From Octopus sinensis (lineage: Eukaryota): DNA of 64,000 nucleotides. Shown here in pieces: positions 12,401 to 25,846 of the stretch. The position numbers and the translations under genes are program-made. The DNA lies in the NCBI RefSeq assembly GCF_006345805.1, contig NC_043008.1, positions 28,272,001 to 28,336,000 of the forward strand. The letters are read 5' to 3'. Position 1 is the first letter of the stretch; each line of letters opens with the position of its first letter. A model generated the notes under the pieces. It saw nothing but the letters and a program-made list of their open reading frames with translations. It did not search any database and had not been told where the DNA came from.

Positions 12401-13082
12401 TTAGTTCCTATAAGTAATTTCTATCAGTCTATAACATTCGACCTTTAACAGTCTTCTTGCATTTCATTTCCACTAAATATATATATTTAATATATATTAG
12501 CTCTTTTAGTAATCACTCAAAAGCTATTAAATCCTTATTCCTAATCACATATCGCACTATATTTCTCCACTTCTAGTTTACTGCTACTTTCTTTCTTCCT
12601 GTTACTTCCCTTTCTATAAATTGCCTTTGACATTATATCGTTTAACGATTTTTTAAAGTGACTTACCAGCGTTCCTTTCATCATATATACAGTAATAACA
12701 TTAGGTTAAAATATCTTATCGATGCATTTTGTTTCTCTTTTTTACCACTGCTTAGAAGATTGAATTGTTTTACATTATTTTATTATTTCCGGAATAATAC
12801 CAATGATTTCTTAGAAACATATGTCGCTAATATAAAGATTTAAATAACACTTGCATATAAATCCATTTTTCAATTTATCTATGTAATACAACAACATTTC
12901 ACTAAACTTGAAATCTCTAACATTATAAGAAGGTTGTTATATCCTTGGTACTTATATGAATTTCTTACTACCCTGGTATCTATATATAATGTTTCCTGTG
13001 TTACTTGTACGCATGGAAACGATACACATACATATGGTAAAAAATACACATACATATGTATATATACGCAGATACATACACA

Positions 13083-13084
<2 letters not shown>

Positions 13085-13124
<40 letters not shown>

Positions 13125-13147
13125 ATATATTATATATATATATATAT

Positions 13148-13218
<71 letters not shown>
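13085..13218. repeat. (TA)n microsatellite
   Basis: Directly visible. Other long (TA)n tracts: ~9715-9795, 15405-15495, 20718-20830, 27300-27372, 31078-31390, 34024-34276 and 55595-55659. Confidence 0.95.
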
Positions 13219-13220
<2 letters not shown>

Positions 13221-13555
13221 GTGAAAGCACATGGCTCAGTGGTTAGAATGTAGAGCTTACGATCGTGAGGTGGTGAGTTCGAAATCCCGGACTGAGCTGC
13301 GTATTGTTTTCTTGAGCAAGATACTTTATTCCACGTTACTACATTTCCTTCAGCGGTAGAAATTAGCTGCGAGGTCACAGGGGCCAAGTTGTATCAGTCC
13401 TTGCCTTTCCCCTTGGATAACACTGATGGCGTGGAGAGCGGAGGCCGGTATCCATGAACGACTGCTGATCTTCCATAAACACCCTTGCCCGGACTTATGC
13501 CTTGGAGGGTAATTTTCAAGGTGCAATCCCATGGTCAGTCTCGTGACTGAAGCGG
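13221..13555 (+). mobile_element. tRNA-derived SINE, family B
   Basis: tRNA-like head TGGCTCAGTGGTTAGA..GAGTTCGAAATCCC follows a (TA)n tract. Confidence 0.7.
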
Positions 13556-13876
13556 GTAGAAATGGTTCAGTTTTAATTTACCCTTTACATTGGGGGAATC
13601 CAAATGTCGATTTCTCATAAGGATTCTTTATATTACATTGGTCGCTTAGTGTTATAAGTACTTCGCGATTATGAAAATCTTACAAATATTAAATGTGTTA
13701 TAATCATTTATAGAAAACGTACCCTATAGAAACTCAACAAACAATTAAAGATGGAGAAGAGAAATTGTTAAAATTTTTTTTAAATGTCACTCCATGCATA
13801 CAATCGTTTTGAATGGTAATATTAACATGTAACTAACATGGCAAAAAATTAGAAATTAATTTAATTATAATCATAT

Positions 13877-14280
13877 AGACGCAGGTGTAGCTGTGTGTTA
13901 AGTAGCTAGCTTACCAACCGCATGGTACTGGGTTCAGTCCCACTGCGTGGCACCTTGGGGAAGTGTCTTCTACTATAGCTTCGGGCCGACCAAAGCCTTA
14001 TGAGTGGATTTGGTAGACGGAAACTAAAAGTGGCCGTCCTATATATGTACTTATGTGTGTTTATGTATATGTGTGTGGTTGTGTGTCTGTGTCCCCTCCC
14101 CCAACATCGCTTGACAACCGATGTTGGTGTGCTACGTCCACGTAACTTAACGGTTCGGTAAAAGTGGCAGATAGAATAAGTATTAGGCTTACAAAGTGTA
14201 AGTCCTGAGAGCATTGTTCCACTACAGGTGTTGCTCCAGCATGCTAGCAGTTAAAATGGCTGATACAAATCAACGAATAA
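13877..14280 (+). mobile_element. tRNA-derived SINE, family A
   Basis: Colinear with 3585-3975. Confidence 0.85.
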
Positions 14281-14501
14281 GTATACTGATGTATTTAACA
14301 GAAAAAAATCTACGAATATAGATAAAAAGATCTGAGTATATATGTATATAAACACATGTGTACATATGCAGATATATATACACATATATATATATATATA
14401 TAATATATATATGCATATACCTGCCTATAATAACATGTATATTATACGACATATGTATGTGTTTAAAATTTATACGTTTTATAAATAAAAATCAAGAACA
14501 T

Positions 14502-14893
14502 AGGCGCAGAAGTGGCTGTGTGGTAAGTAGCTTGCTTACCAACCACATGGTTCCGGGATCAGTCCCATTGCGTAGCACTCGGGCCTACCAAAGCCTTGTG
14601 AGTGGATTTGGTAGACAGAAACTGAAAGAAGCCCGTCGTATATGCGTATATACGTGTATATATATATATATATATATGTCAGTGCATGTTTGTGTGTCTG
14701 TGTTTGTCCACTCAACATCGCTTGAGAACCGATGTTGATGTGTTTGTGTCCCAGTAATTTAGCGGTTCGGCAAAAGATACCGATATAATAAGTACTAACC
14801 TTACAAAGAATAAGTCCTGGAGTTGATCTGTTTGACTAAAGCCGGTGCTGCAGCATGGCCCCAATCAAATGATTGAATCAACAAAGTAAAGAG
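14502..14893 (+). mobile_element. tRNA-derived SINE, family A, with a small internal deletion
   Basis: Colinear with 3585-3975 but lacks the CTTGGG..TATAGC segment. Confidence 0.85.
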
Positions 14894-15039
14894 TATATAT
14901 GAATTATATGAATCGGTGTTAATATAAAGTTGAAAAAACGTTAGAAGCAGTAATAATAAGATGGATAAATAAATAAAAATAATATTAATAATAATAAGAA
15001 AAAACTGGAAATACTATAAATCTACCCTTATGTATAACC

Positions 15040-15400
15040 CAAAATATTAAAGAGACTATATCTATGAGAGTGTACAATTTGTAGAAGTGATCTTTGTGCA
15101 GCAACTATTATTATATGTCTAACCATATATAATCTGTAAGATTTTCATCATCTTCTCTTCTAGAGATAACAAGGAATTATCTCCCTTCATTAACCCTCTC
15201 TTTATTATTATATCCGTTGCATTCGCACGCTTTATTTCCAACCATTCACCATGTTGGACCACTGAACTCAACATCTTTTTCATTCTCCCGGTAATTGTTT
15301 CATCTACTTCCTTTCTGCCGAAGAGCACTGGCTCAAAACGTTTTTGCATTTTTCCTGAGCGCTAAAGAACAATTGCCTTGTTGTTTCTAAATCTGTCTTC
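15040..15400 (-). mobile_element. Non-LTR RT fragment (R4/Dong-like)
   Basis: WLEIKRANATDIIIKRGLMKGDNSL resembles the I.I.RGI.QGD.LSP RT motif. Confidence 0.4.
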
Positions 15401-15419
15401 GTGTATATTATATATATAT

Positions 15420-15494
<75 letters not shown>

Positions 15495-15735
15495 TACACA
15501 TACATATGTTATATATATAAAGTAGATAAATGGTACAACAAAGCACCAATATTTACTGGTATACACGCAGTGAAGCTATACAATAGCGTTGTATTTATTT
15601 CGATTGTTATTTTACAGTAAGTATTGGCGCCTTGTTGTACCATTTATCTACCTTTTATGTATAATTTTACCCTTATGGGCTATCTTTTACTGGAAAGTAA
15701 TACACTCGTATTGCATTATTATTTTCATATGTATA

Positions 15736-15774
<39 letters not shown>

Positions 15775-15831
15775 TTACGTAAGGCCAACGAGGTACGAAC
15801 GTCGCTATATATATATATGTAGAAAAATACC

Positions 15832-16002
15832 AACTGGGACAAGAACGTAAAACATTTAGAGACGATACAAAAACACGGACAGGACATTCTAGCCTTCAAT
15901 CTTCAGTCAAGACCGGATCATCCATCAATTTCGCTGATTCAGCCGAATTGCTAGGCCGTTTTTTGAATCGTCTTCTAAATGTTTTACTTTCTTGTCTCAG
16001 TT
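15832..16002. repeat. Small fold-back with ~43-bp inverted arms
   Basis: AACTGGGACAAGAACGTAAAACATTTAGAGACGATACAAAAAC versus the reverse complement of 15958-16002. Confidence 0.8.
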
Positions 16003-16049
16003 TATTCATATAATATAATATAATATATTATATATATATAGATATGTGT

Positions 16050-18835
16050 ATAAGGGTGAAAAGGAACACACGAGTTCATATATATGAAAAAACAAGTAAA
16101 AAATAGAAAATGCTAAAAGAATTTTATAGTGAACATTTCAGTACCGGTTTCGGTCATTTTGAGACCTTTTCAACTGTAACGATTAAATAATTAAATTTAG
16201 AAAAATTAGAAGAAAAGTTTTTTTAAAAGAATATTTCTATAGTAGTGTTCAGATTTAAGTGGCATTCTGCCTTTCTCTGACTCCCTTGTTTGCACGTGTG
16301 TTCGAGGTAGTTGTGAGTTCTTGGTAAGGTAGTAGAGGGAAGGCTGGTGAGGAAAGGGGGGTGGGAGAATCTGGGAGTGCCCTGATGGTCGTATTTGAAT
16401 GGTCAGTGGCGGCTGGCAGTCTCAGTTCAATTCAGGAGATATTTATATTGACAGGCTTGTTATAGAATTAGCGTAGGTGTTATACTAAAAAACATTAGTG
16501 ACAAACTTAAGGGGTAGGGGGTGGAGAAGAAGAGAAGAAGAAGAATAAGAAGAAGAAGAAGGAAAGGAGAAGGAGAAGATGACGATGATGGTGATGGTGG
16601 TGATGATTATGACGACGATGATGATGATAACGAATGATGAAGAGAAGAAGAAGAAGAAGGAGGAGAAGGAGAAGATGGTGGTGATGATGGTTGCGATGAT
16701 GATGATGCCGATGATGATGATAACGATGATGATGAAGAAGAAGAGGAAGAAGAAGAAGAGAAAAAACAGAGAAGGGAGAATATGAATGGGTGTAATATAG
16801 CTATGAAGGGGCTGATTAGTATGGATTCTATGGAGTGTAGTATTTGTGTGTGTATATATATTTTTTTTCTTTTATTCTAAAGTTGAGGTATATTAATTGT
16901 TTGTCGTAGACCCGTTAAGAAGTGGCTTGTATTTTGTAATAAAGAGATTTTCTTTACTTATTCGTTGTCTCGAGATTGTATCGTCCCTAAATTGGTAGAG
17001 GGGGAAAATTCTGAAGTTTGGTGTTTTTTTGTTGGCGCATGTATCTATGTGTTGGCTAAAAGCTATTTTTCTGTTTTGGGGAATTTTTATCTGGGATCTG
17101 TGCAGGGCCATTCGTTTACGCAAACCACTTTTTGTTTGGCCTATGTACTGCTCTTGACACCGGGAGCAGGTTAGTGAGTATATTAGGTTCTCCGAAGCAC
17201 ATGTGAAGTTGCTTTTCACTGTAAAACGTTGTCCCTGTTTGAAGGAGAACTCAGAACCCTCGATTAGATAGTCGCATATCCCGCAATTGGGTCTTCCACA
17301 TTTTTTTACTGTCGGCTTCTGTGTTGAAGAGTGAATTCGGGCTTGTGTAAGGAGACTTTTCATGGATCTAGGCTGTCTTTTGCTTTTTATGATCGTGTGT
17401 GTTTGGAGGATTGTGTTCATTCTGTGGTCTTTTTTTAGGAGGGGTATGTTGTGGAGGATGGTGTTGAAGGCTTCGTTATTGAGAGGGTTGTGTGTGGAGA
17501 TGTATGGTAAGGCTTTTGGTTGTAAGTTTTTCTTTGATTTGGGATGTCTCAGTTCCTTGATGTTAAGTTGAAGGGCACGTTGAATGCATTTGTCAATAAG
17601 TGAAGGTGGATAGTTCCTGGTGATTAGGGTATCTTTTAGTTCTTGTAGTCGTGTGTCTCTGGTGTTTGCGTTAGAGACTATAGTGCATATCCTTTTTGCT
17701 AGATTGAAGGGGATATTCATCCTGGTGTGTCTGGGGTGGCATGAATTGAATGGAAGATATTGCTTAGAGTCTGTAGGCTTATAGTATATGTCTGTTTCTA
17801 TTATATTATTAGCTTTCTTAATGAGATATCGAGGAAGGGGAGTTGTTGTTGGCTATATTCCATCGTGAATTGGATGTTTACGTCCAGTCCGTTTAAAATT
17901 TTCTGGAATTCTATGAGTTTTTCTATATTTTTATGCCAAAGGATAAACAGTCATCTAGATATCTCTTCCAGTTGTTTTCTATGTAGATGAGAAAGGGCTG
18001 CCATATCTTTCTAGAACTTACGATACAGACTGATCTCTAGGTATCCTATGACTAGGTTGGCAAAGGAGGGGGCCATTCGTGTACCCATCGCAGTCCCCGA
18101 TTTTTGTCGGTAGAAGTTGTCATTGAAGGCGAAGAAGTTATTTTCCAGGATGAATTTAACCACTTCTATCACAAATTCTTTTTTGATGCGGTGTGGTAGT
18201 TCGTTGGCGTGATTCTCTAGCCCAATTGGATTGCCTCTAGTCCTAGGTTGTGGGGGATATTGGAGTAGAGGTGACTACATCGAAGGATACCAGTATGGTG
18301 TTTTGTTTATAGTATTCGGTAGGTGATTGAGCATATCTAAGTCGTCCCTTATATAGCTTTTGACATGTTTGAGGAGTGGTTTTAACAGGGTGTCTAAAAT
18401 TACTGAGGCGGTGGGTTTCGCATGCGGGACCTGCTATTATGGGTCTCAATTTGAGGTCATTAGGATTAGGGACTTTAATTATTTTGTCTGTAGCTATCTT
18501 GCATGCGTTGCTTATTTTTTCACTTTTGTGGATCTTAGGTATACCGTAGAATTGGCTAGTTTTACTTGTGAAATTGGTCATATAATCATATTCTTTGTCG
18601 GTTAGCCCTGCTTTGTATGGGTTTAATATGGATTTTAGTTCCCTCATTATTTTTTGTTGACTGTAGTTTTGTGCCTTTTCATAGTATGTTGTGTCTTCCA
18701 GCATAGAAAGTACCAAAGTTATGTAAAATGTCGTATCCATTAAGACAACAGCACTCCCTTTATCGGCCTCTTTGATTGTTATTGTTTTATCTAGTTTTAA
18801 TTTGTTCAACTCAGCCCATGAAATGGGCTGAGTTG
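16050..18835 (-). mobile_element. 5'-truncated Penelope-like retroelement (RT + GIY-YIG; Neptune/Nematis-like) with 3' non-coding region
   Basis: KTITIKEADKGSAVVLMD, LRPIIAGP and WKRYLDDC (frameshifted). ORF 16893-17720 reads NIPFNLAKRICTIV..CGRPNCGIC..ENLIYSLTCSRCQEQYIGQT..RMALHRSQI..ENLFITKYKPLLN. Confidence 0.9.
16139..16177 (-). ncRNA. Minimal type I hammerhead motif with U3-A8 core covariation, at the PLE 3' end
   Basis: Minus strand reads CAG-TTGAAAA-A-GGTC(TCAAAAT)GACC-GAAAC(CG)GTA-CTG. Confidence 0.65.
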
Positions 18836-19216
18836 AAAAAAAAGATGAAAAAAAAAAAGGAATTAATTTGGTTATAATTAAATTAATTACTGTTCTTCTC
18901 ACTTCGAAAAAATAATACATCTAAAAATTTATATTATTATTATTACAGAATACTTGATGAAGTGAGTGTCACATAACATTATCGGATATACATAATATCC
19001 TTATGCAAGATTAGAATATGCTAAAATAGAGTTGTTGAGTCTAGTTGTGTAATATCTAAACCTGATGCGGCTAATGGTTATTTGAAAATATAAGTGAAAT
19101 ATGTTTAAGAAACATTCCCTCTACATAAAACAAGCAATTATGTGATGTACATTCCGTATAAAGCATTTATCATACGAAGTAAACTATAATAAATTTATTA
19201 TGGGACAACATAGCTA

Positions 19217-19586
19217 TACTCTTTTTTACTTTTTTTACTTGTTTCAGACATTTGACTGCGGCCATGCTGGATCACCGCCTTTAGTCGAGCAACTCGACCC
19301 CGGGACTTATTCTTTGTAAGCCCAGTACTTATTCTATCGGTCTCTTTTGCCGAACCGCTAAGTGACGGGGACGTAAATACACCAGCATCGGTTGTCAAGC
19401 AATGCTAGGGGAACAAACACAGACACACAGACATATTCACACACTTATATATATATATACATATATACGACAGGCTTCTTTCAGTTTCCGTCTACCAAAT
19501 CCATTCACAAGATGCCACGCAGTGGGACTGAACCCGGAACCATGTGGTTGGTTAGCAAGCTACTTACCAAACAGCCACTCCTGCGC
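19217..19586 (-). mobile_element. tRNA-derived SINE, family A, with an internal deletion
   Basis: Reverse complement of the family A sequence. Confidence 0.85.
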
Positions 19587-20556
19587 ATATATTTAAGTTA
19601 ATATTTATATTTATATTTATGACTTATTTATAAGAAATATTATGTATGGTGTATAGTTAAATAATTTATTTTAAGAAATTTCTTGTCCGAGAAGAAGAAA
19701 TAGAAAATAATTAATATAGTTAATATAGTTTTATTTAAGTTAGTTGGATTTAAAAGGAAAAAAAAATAGTTACGGGTAGCGAGTGAGTACATAATAGCTT
19801 AATATAATGGGAAAACGATATTTTTTAGTTAAAAACGATATTCGTTTGTGTGAAAGAAATATAAGATAAAGATCTAAGAATAATTGTTAATATTAGAGAA
19901 TTAAGATAGAAAATATTTGCTATGGCTAAGACTAATGAAAAAAACCGTTCGATGATACAGAAGTGTTTTTCAGTGGTTGAGGAAAAAAAAGTAACAACGT
20001 AGGAGAGATAGGGCGTAAAAAGTTCTTTTTTTTTTAAATTGCAGTTTTCAATATTTTGTAGGTTGACTATGTTGCATATTAAAATTACAATATGCGATGA
20101 GAATCTAGCTAGGCATAGAGGTGAAAAATTTATAATAATATTTTATAAGCAATTTTCTAAATTATTAAAGGTAATGCTGAATGTGGATATACGAAATATT
20201 TTTATGGAGTAATAGATGCAAAAATGAGTATATTAAAAATACAGAAATAATTCATATATAAAAGAAAAGAATATTATATATATATATTATTATATACTGA
20301 TACAAGGGACAAATCTACGCAAAGAAGTGTACGTGGGACTACATATTCTAGCAATATTCAATTTATTTTGAATTGAAGTTGGATGTGGCAGATAGGACCC
20401 TGTACGGCGATAGTGAGCATACTTTGCCGATGTGAAGATATCGACAGAAATAATATGTAGGTTTCATTATAAATTAACATATTATTTATAATTACCCACA
20501 CATATGAGATGGATATGTTATTAAATGCAATAATATATATATATATATATATATAT

Positions 20557-20716
20557 GAAAGAGTACAGCAGGGATCACCACCTCCACTGCCGGAACCTCG
20601 AGTAGCTTTTCGGAGTTTTCGTTCAATAAACACTCTCAACACCCGGTCTGGGATCTAAGCCGCGATCCTAGGACCACGAGTCCGCTGCCCTAACCACTGG
20701 ACTATTGCAACTCCAC
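20557..20716 (-). mobile_element. tRNA-derived SINE, family C (5' part)
   Basis: Reverse complement of the first ~145 bp of 27001-27294. Confidence 0.75.
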
Positions 20717-20820
<104 letters not shown>

Positions 20821-21521
20821 ATATATAATATGCCTGTATCTCTCCCTCTCTTATTTTTTATCCTTTCTGGGTTTTCTCTCCCACCCTTTCCTATTCTTCT
20901 CCTCCACTTTCACTGCTCCCTCTCTCTTACTCCTCCTCATCCCTCTTGTCGTTGACCAGAGGGTAACTAAATTTCTTTCTGACTACTGCCTTCAACAAGT
21001 TTACAACGGCTTATCCTGTCCTCGTAAGCCGTTTTCTCAATGCCTTCAAATTATTTTTTCCATCGTCTGGGCTTAAAAGCACTTATCGTTTGTTTTTACT
21101 CTGTTATTGTCCTTGTCCTGTCTTTTACTGTTTTTATTTGTACTGCTTTTACTGTCCCCACTTTTACCCCTCCGCAAAATATCCCAAATTTTATTTAATT
21201 TGTTCAACGAAGAATTGTTTCAACGAAGTCATGTCTTGCCCTTACCTTCGAAACACGGAGTAGTCGAAGCAGGGGCGGCTGAAGAAGGGGAATGTTCCTT
21301 GTGTTGTATGTCTTGTACTCTGTTTTTTCGTTGTTTGAAACAGTCTGTTTCCATGTTTTTATTTTTGATTTCGTTTCTCTTTGTGTTCAACGTTTTTTCT
21401 TTTTTGGTATCCTGTACCCATATATTCATGTATATATATATACATATAGATGTAGGTCTGTACATATATGTATGCAAGTATGTATATGTTTTATTTATTA
21501 ATTCTTTATTATATATACATA

Positions 21522-21585
21522 CGGGCCGACCAAAACTGAGAAGGGATTTGGTAGCCGGAAACTGAAGGAAAACCGTCGTGTATAT
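21522..21585 (+). mobile_element. SINE family A internal fragment
   Basis: CGGGCCGACCAAA..GGATTTGGTAG.CGGAAACTGAA..CCGTCGT. Confidence 0.6.
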
Positions 21586-23229
21586 ATATATATAAATAGG
21601 AAAAAAGCAACAAGAATGGATTAAAATCTCGGTACGATCGTTTCGTACGAGGACATCTTTAATAAGCTACAAAAAATGCAGTGAATACAGATGGCTCGTA
21701 CTCGTCAGCCGAAAAATATCAGAGAATTCCCAAACATCAAAAGGGTAGATACAAAAGAGTTTGTAAGATTAACTGCATTGAAGAAAGTTCGATTCATGGA
21801 GATCCGATGAAAGGTTTTAACCTATAGAATTTATGCATGTCTACATATAGCTCATATTGAATATTTGATCAGTTGTATGAGAAATTTTCGGATACAGTCA
21901 TGCAAAATTTCTGAAAATCCGAGTAAGAGGCAAAGTGACTGCCACATCATGTAGAGGAAGTCTGAGTAAAAACATAGTGACTGTCATATCGTGTAGAGGA
22001 ACAGATTGTTATTGAAATTTACAAGAATCGCAGATAAGTTCGATTTATATATATATATATATATATATATGCGTGTGTGTGAGTGTCTGTGTATATATAT
22101 TGCTATCAAGAAACAAGATCCACAAATCTGTACCACACCGCTAACGCCGATGGATGTTCAAGTAGATATCACATTGAAATAATACAGCTTTGAAGGTTGA
22201 AGAGATGGTAAGGTAAAGTATATATTCGACTCACTAGTGAGTCGTTAATGTTGCGTAGCTATAACGGATGTATTCAAAAATGACACTGAAAATTTACGGC
22301 AGCTGTTTCAGTAGCATTTTAATTCATGTTCTCAAAAATAAGTACATCATAATATACAATATATCAATGTAAGGGTACTGTCAGCGTGATTACCTATATG
22401 ATTATGACTGCTACTACCTCTAGCAGTGTTAAGGGTATTCAGGTCACATGCAACAGCCATCATGAGATTGCTGAACGGCTTGCTGCTACAACGTATAACT
22501 GCTGTTTAAATAAGTATCAGCAGTCATTACGACATCAGTTGTGCTTACAGTATCCATACTGGCGTAATCATTACGTCGGATAATAGTAGATCCTACTCCC
22601 AAAATGCCTATAGCGTTTTAAATATAAATTACGATGATGTAGGACTTGAATAATGTGAAAATACAAATTGATTGGGCAACAATATTAACAATACATGTAA
22701 CTGTATTAATAATCACCCCGGCAATAAGATTATTATCCGGAATAATAAAGATTGTGCCAACCCTTGTTTAATCCTGCATAATGGGAATGGATCCTATAGA
22801 TTTAATGATAAATACTGGTCTCATACAAATGCATATGAACAGCAGATTAATATTCATGCTGATAACATAGTTAATAATAATGTTCATCGACCTCATCACT
22901 TGTGTAATTTGTAGAAATAACCTTCTTAATTATTCATGCCACACAATTTCTTTTTCCGGGGACATAATTTTAGCTATATCACCTCACTTGAAATGTGAGT
23001 ATTGTTATGTAATCTTCTCTTAAGAGAACTTCTAGTTTACCAATATAGGTATATATAGTTAGATTATTTGGGACATTTATGGATAACAATTTTAGTGTGA
23101 TATGAATTATTAAAAGAACATAAATGTTATTCTTTAGTAAAAGTGATCTGAATGTTGTTTTACAAACGACTTGCACATTCAAGTGCTACCAAACGAAAGC
23201 TCCGCATATCAAAAGCCAACAAGTGTATG

Positions 23230-24000
23230 GAGTCACCAGAAGAAAATTGCGCCGTTTCGGAGCCTACCTCTCGACGGCAACTTTGTGCGCCGATCCCCCT
23301 CTCTGAAATGAGGCCCCGCTTGCTAAAACAACAGGTTATTAGATATAGCTCAATAGTCTTCTAGCCATCACTCATCGTCTCTTCACCAAATCCAGTGGCT
23401 AGCATTTTTCGCTGTAATTTCGATATCATTTATGGTGGTATTTTCTTTACGATAAGAAGTTCCTATCGATAACATCAGTTACCGTACACTGTGTCTAACA
23501 AATCCTCTAAATCCGACTTCGATTGGAAAGTACTCCGCTTTTAATCCTGCATCATCACATTCCTCGAGGAGGTTTATAAAATGGTCAGCCTTTTGAGCCC
23601 AAGCAGCGTCCATTTTATCTTCTTGAGGAACTGTTAACTCGACTAGATTACTACTTTCTTTTACACCATATTATACTACCCAATTTCTTCGTAACTGGTA
23701 AATATGCTGCCACTTCTCAATAGCAGTTCCACATTTCATCGCAGTTCCACATTTCATCGCAGTTCCACATTTCATCGCTCACAGGAAGTTTCTTATTGGA
23801 ACGAATCTGCTGTCCTGAGCGCCCAAAGGTAATGGAATCTCTAGTTGGTTCTTTCAATGTCTTTTTGCCACTGCTGACGACAGCAATTATGTTCTTTACC
23901 GGGAGGGTTTTGCCGTTTTACTATACAACAGAACACCGTTTAATTTTCTTACAATTTTAATACTATTTACTGTTATGAATGTTTTATGCTTTAACATCAC
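23230..24000 (-). mobile_element. 3' relic of an RLE-type non-LTR retrotransposon (HERO-like)
   Basis: Frameshifted minus-strand reading: IWCKRKVVI..VELTVPQEDKMDAAW..K..LEECDDAGLKAEYFPIEVGFRGFV..TAKNASHWIW. Confidence 0.6.
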
Positions 24001-25559
24001 CTTGGATGCGTAAAAAATTGGACACCTACATGTTATGTCTCTTACTGTTTACCATTCACGGTACATCAACTATCATCCTGCCTCGCTACATCAATTAACA
24101 TGGAATATGACGTTTTATTTTCCCTATTTATGTATACTTAATATGATGTTTTCAGGAGCTTTGCAATCAAGCAACTAGCAAAATATTTCATAACGCTGTC
24201 TATGGACACTCATTTAACGTAGTCCTGTGTACCGTCATCACTCGCAATATCGCAGTTCACCGACGCACCCTCAGTACGTCACAGATTCTTCTGGCTAATA
24301 TATGAATATTTATGTCGCGCACTCCACACTACATCTCGGGTTTCTGCGGCCGATAGGTATTTATATTTTTGAGATTTTAACTATTTCTGTGGCAAAATAA
24401 GCATTTTCATGCCTAAAATTGATAACTTGATATATGAAAATACAGTACAGTACTGCATTGTATAAAACATAAGCTAAAACATATTGAAAGAATATACGCA
24501 GATGAATAAACAAATACTTGCATATACTGAGTGGAAACCAAGACTCGGGAGACGAGTTTGTTGAGTTGTTTGCATTTATGATAAATATGTACAAATGATA
24601 AAAAAAACAAATATACCGTACATTACAGTTTCTACATTGCGATTTTCATCTATCGCATGGGGTGGGTTTGAAACGTAACTCCCCTGATAGTCGATGGATT
24701 ACTGTAGATTTTATATATTTATTTATCTGTCTATATATTCATTTTAATATATGTGTATATAATTGTATATATATATATGCGTTTTAAGCGTATGTATCTA
24801 TGCGCATATATATATATATACGGTATTTGAGGATGATCATGTTGACAATTTAGCCTATGAAAACTTACGAACTATTTATTCGGTGTTCGCTTGCTTTAGC
24901 TTTATTTCATATTAATCATATTTCCGCCAGAGTTGTTTCGTCACACTTTTATCATCTTGTCATTTGCTTTCTTCTTTCTTATTTGTGCATCTCCTTCTTT
25001 ACTATCTGCCATTTTCTGTCCCTGTTTATGTGTCTTTATTTGCGCGTGCATATATACCTGTTTCTTGAAATATTTGGTGTGTGTGTGCGGGGTGAAATGT
25101 ATATGGTACCTGCATTATCAGTATCCCCTGTTTATTCACGTTCATTTTATTTTATTTATTTGTTTTTATTTACTGACTTTTTCTTTCTTTTATTAATTCA
25201 TTTTATTTTGTCTATGTATTTAATTACTTAATTCCATTTATATGTCTATCTATTGCATTAGTTTCATATAATTATTAGTTTATGGAGATCCTAAAATGTC
25301 ATGAGGTTGTTGTGTGGAGGGTGTGTACTAGTGTTCCTTTCTAGCTTACTATTTAGGCTATGTTTATTTCCTATTATGTGTGTAGCTGCCATAATTTGTC
25401 TAAGCCTGGCGTCCGTTCTATGTGTGCACAATATTTTGATTTCTATGTCCTTGAGTGAGTCCCGTGTTCCCGCTCAGCGTATTGGTATAGTACTGACGAG
25501 CTCTTCTCTTCCTTGAGTTCCCTCTCGTTCCGACTTTGTCCCTTGTCCATCCACTAATG

Positions 25560-25792
25560 AGCTCATCTTGGATAAAATTTATTTCATCTGTGTACGTTCA
25601 CTTTCTGTATTGCAAATTTGTTTATTTCTTGCTTGTTCACTTTCTGCCATGCTTGGTCTTTTGTTCGTTGGGTCGCCGTTTCAATTTCTCAGTTTTGATT
25701 TAGTTACTATTTTGTCGGATGTCATGTTACCTATCGAAAAATTGGTTCTATGAAAATTGTTTTCGAAGGAAGGTTGTCGTGTGTGTGTGTGT

Positions 25793-25846
<54 letters not shown>

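Noticed and set aside
21630-21665. GAAAC-GATC-GTA stem III motif on the minus strand
   Set aside because: The upstream core is TTAAAGA (G5 lost) and stems I and II are unsupported; at best a dead relic.
22386-22914. Long near-open frames on both strands with Ig-like (D.G..C..N.LG) or TM-like look
   Set aside because: Stops fall at key positions, there are no convincing family motifs or splice structure, and the pattern is explicable by AT-rich composition.
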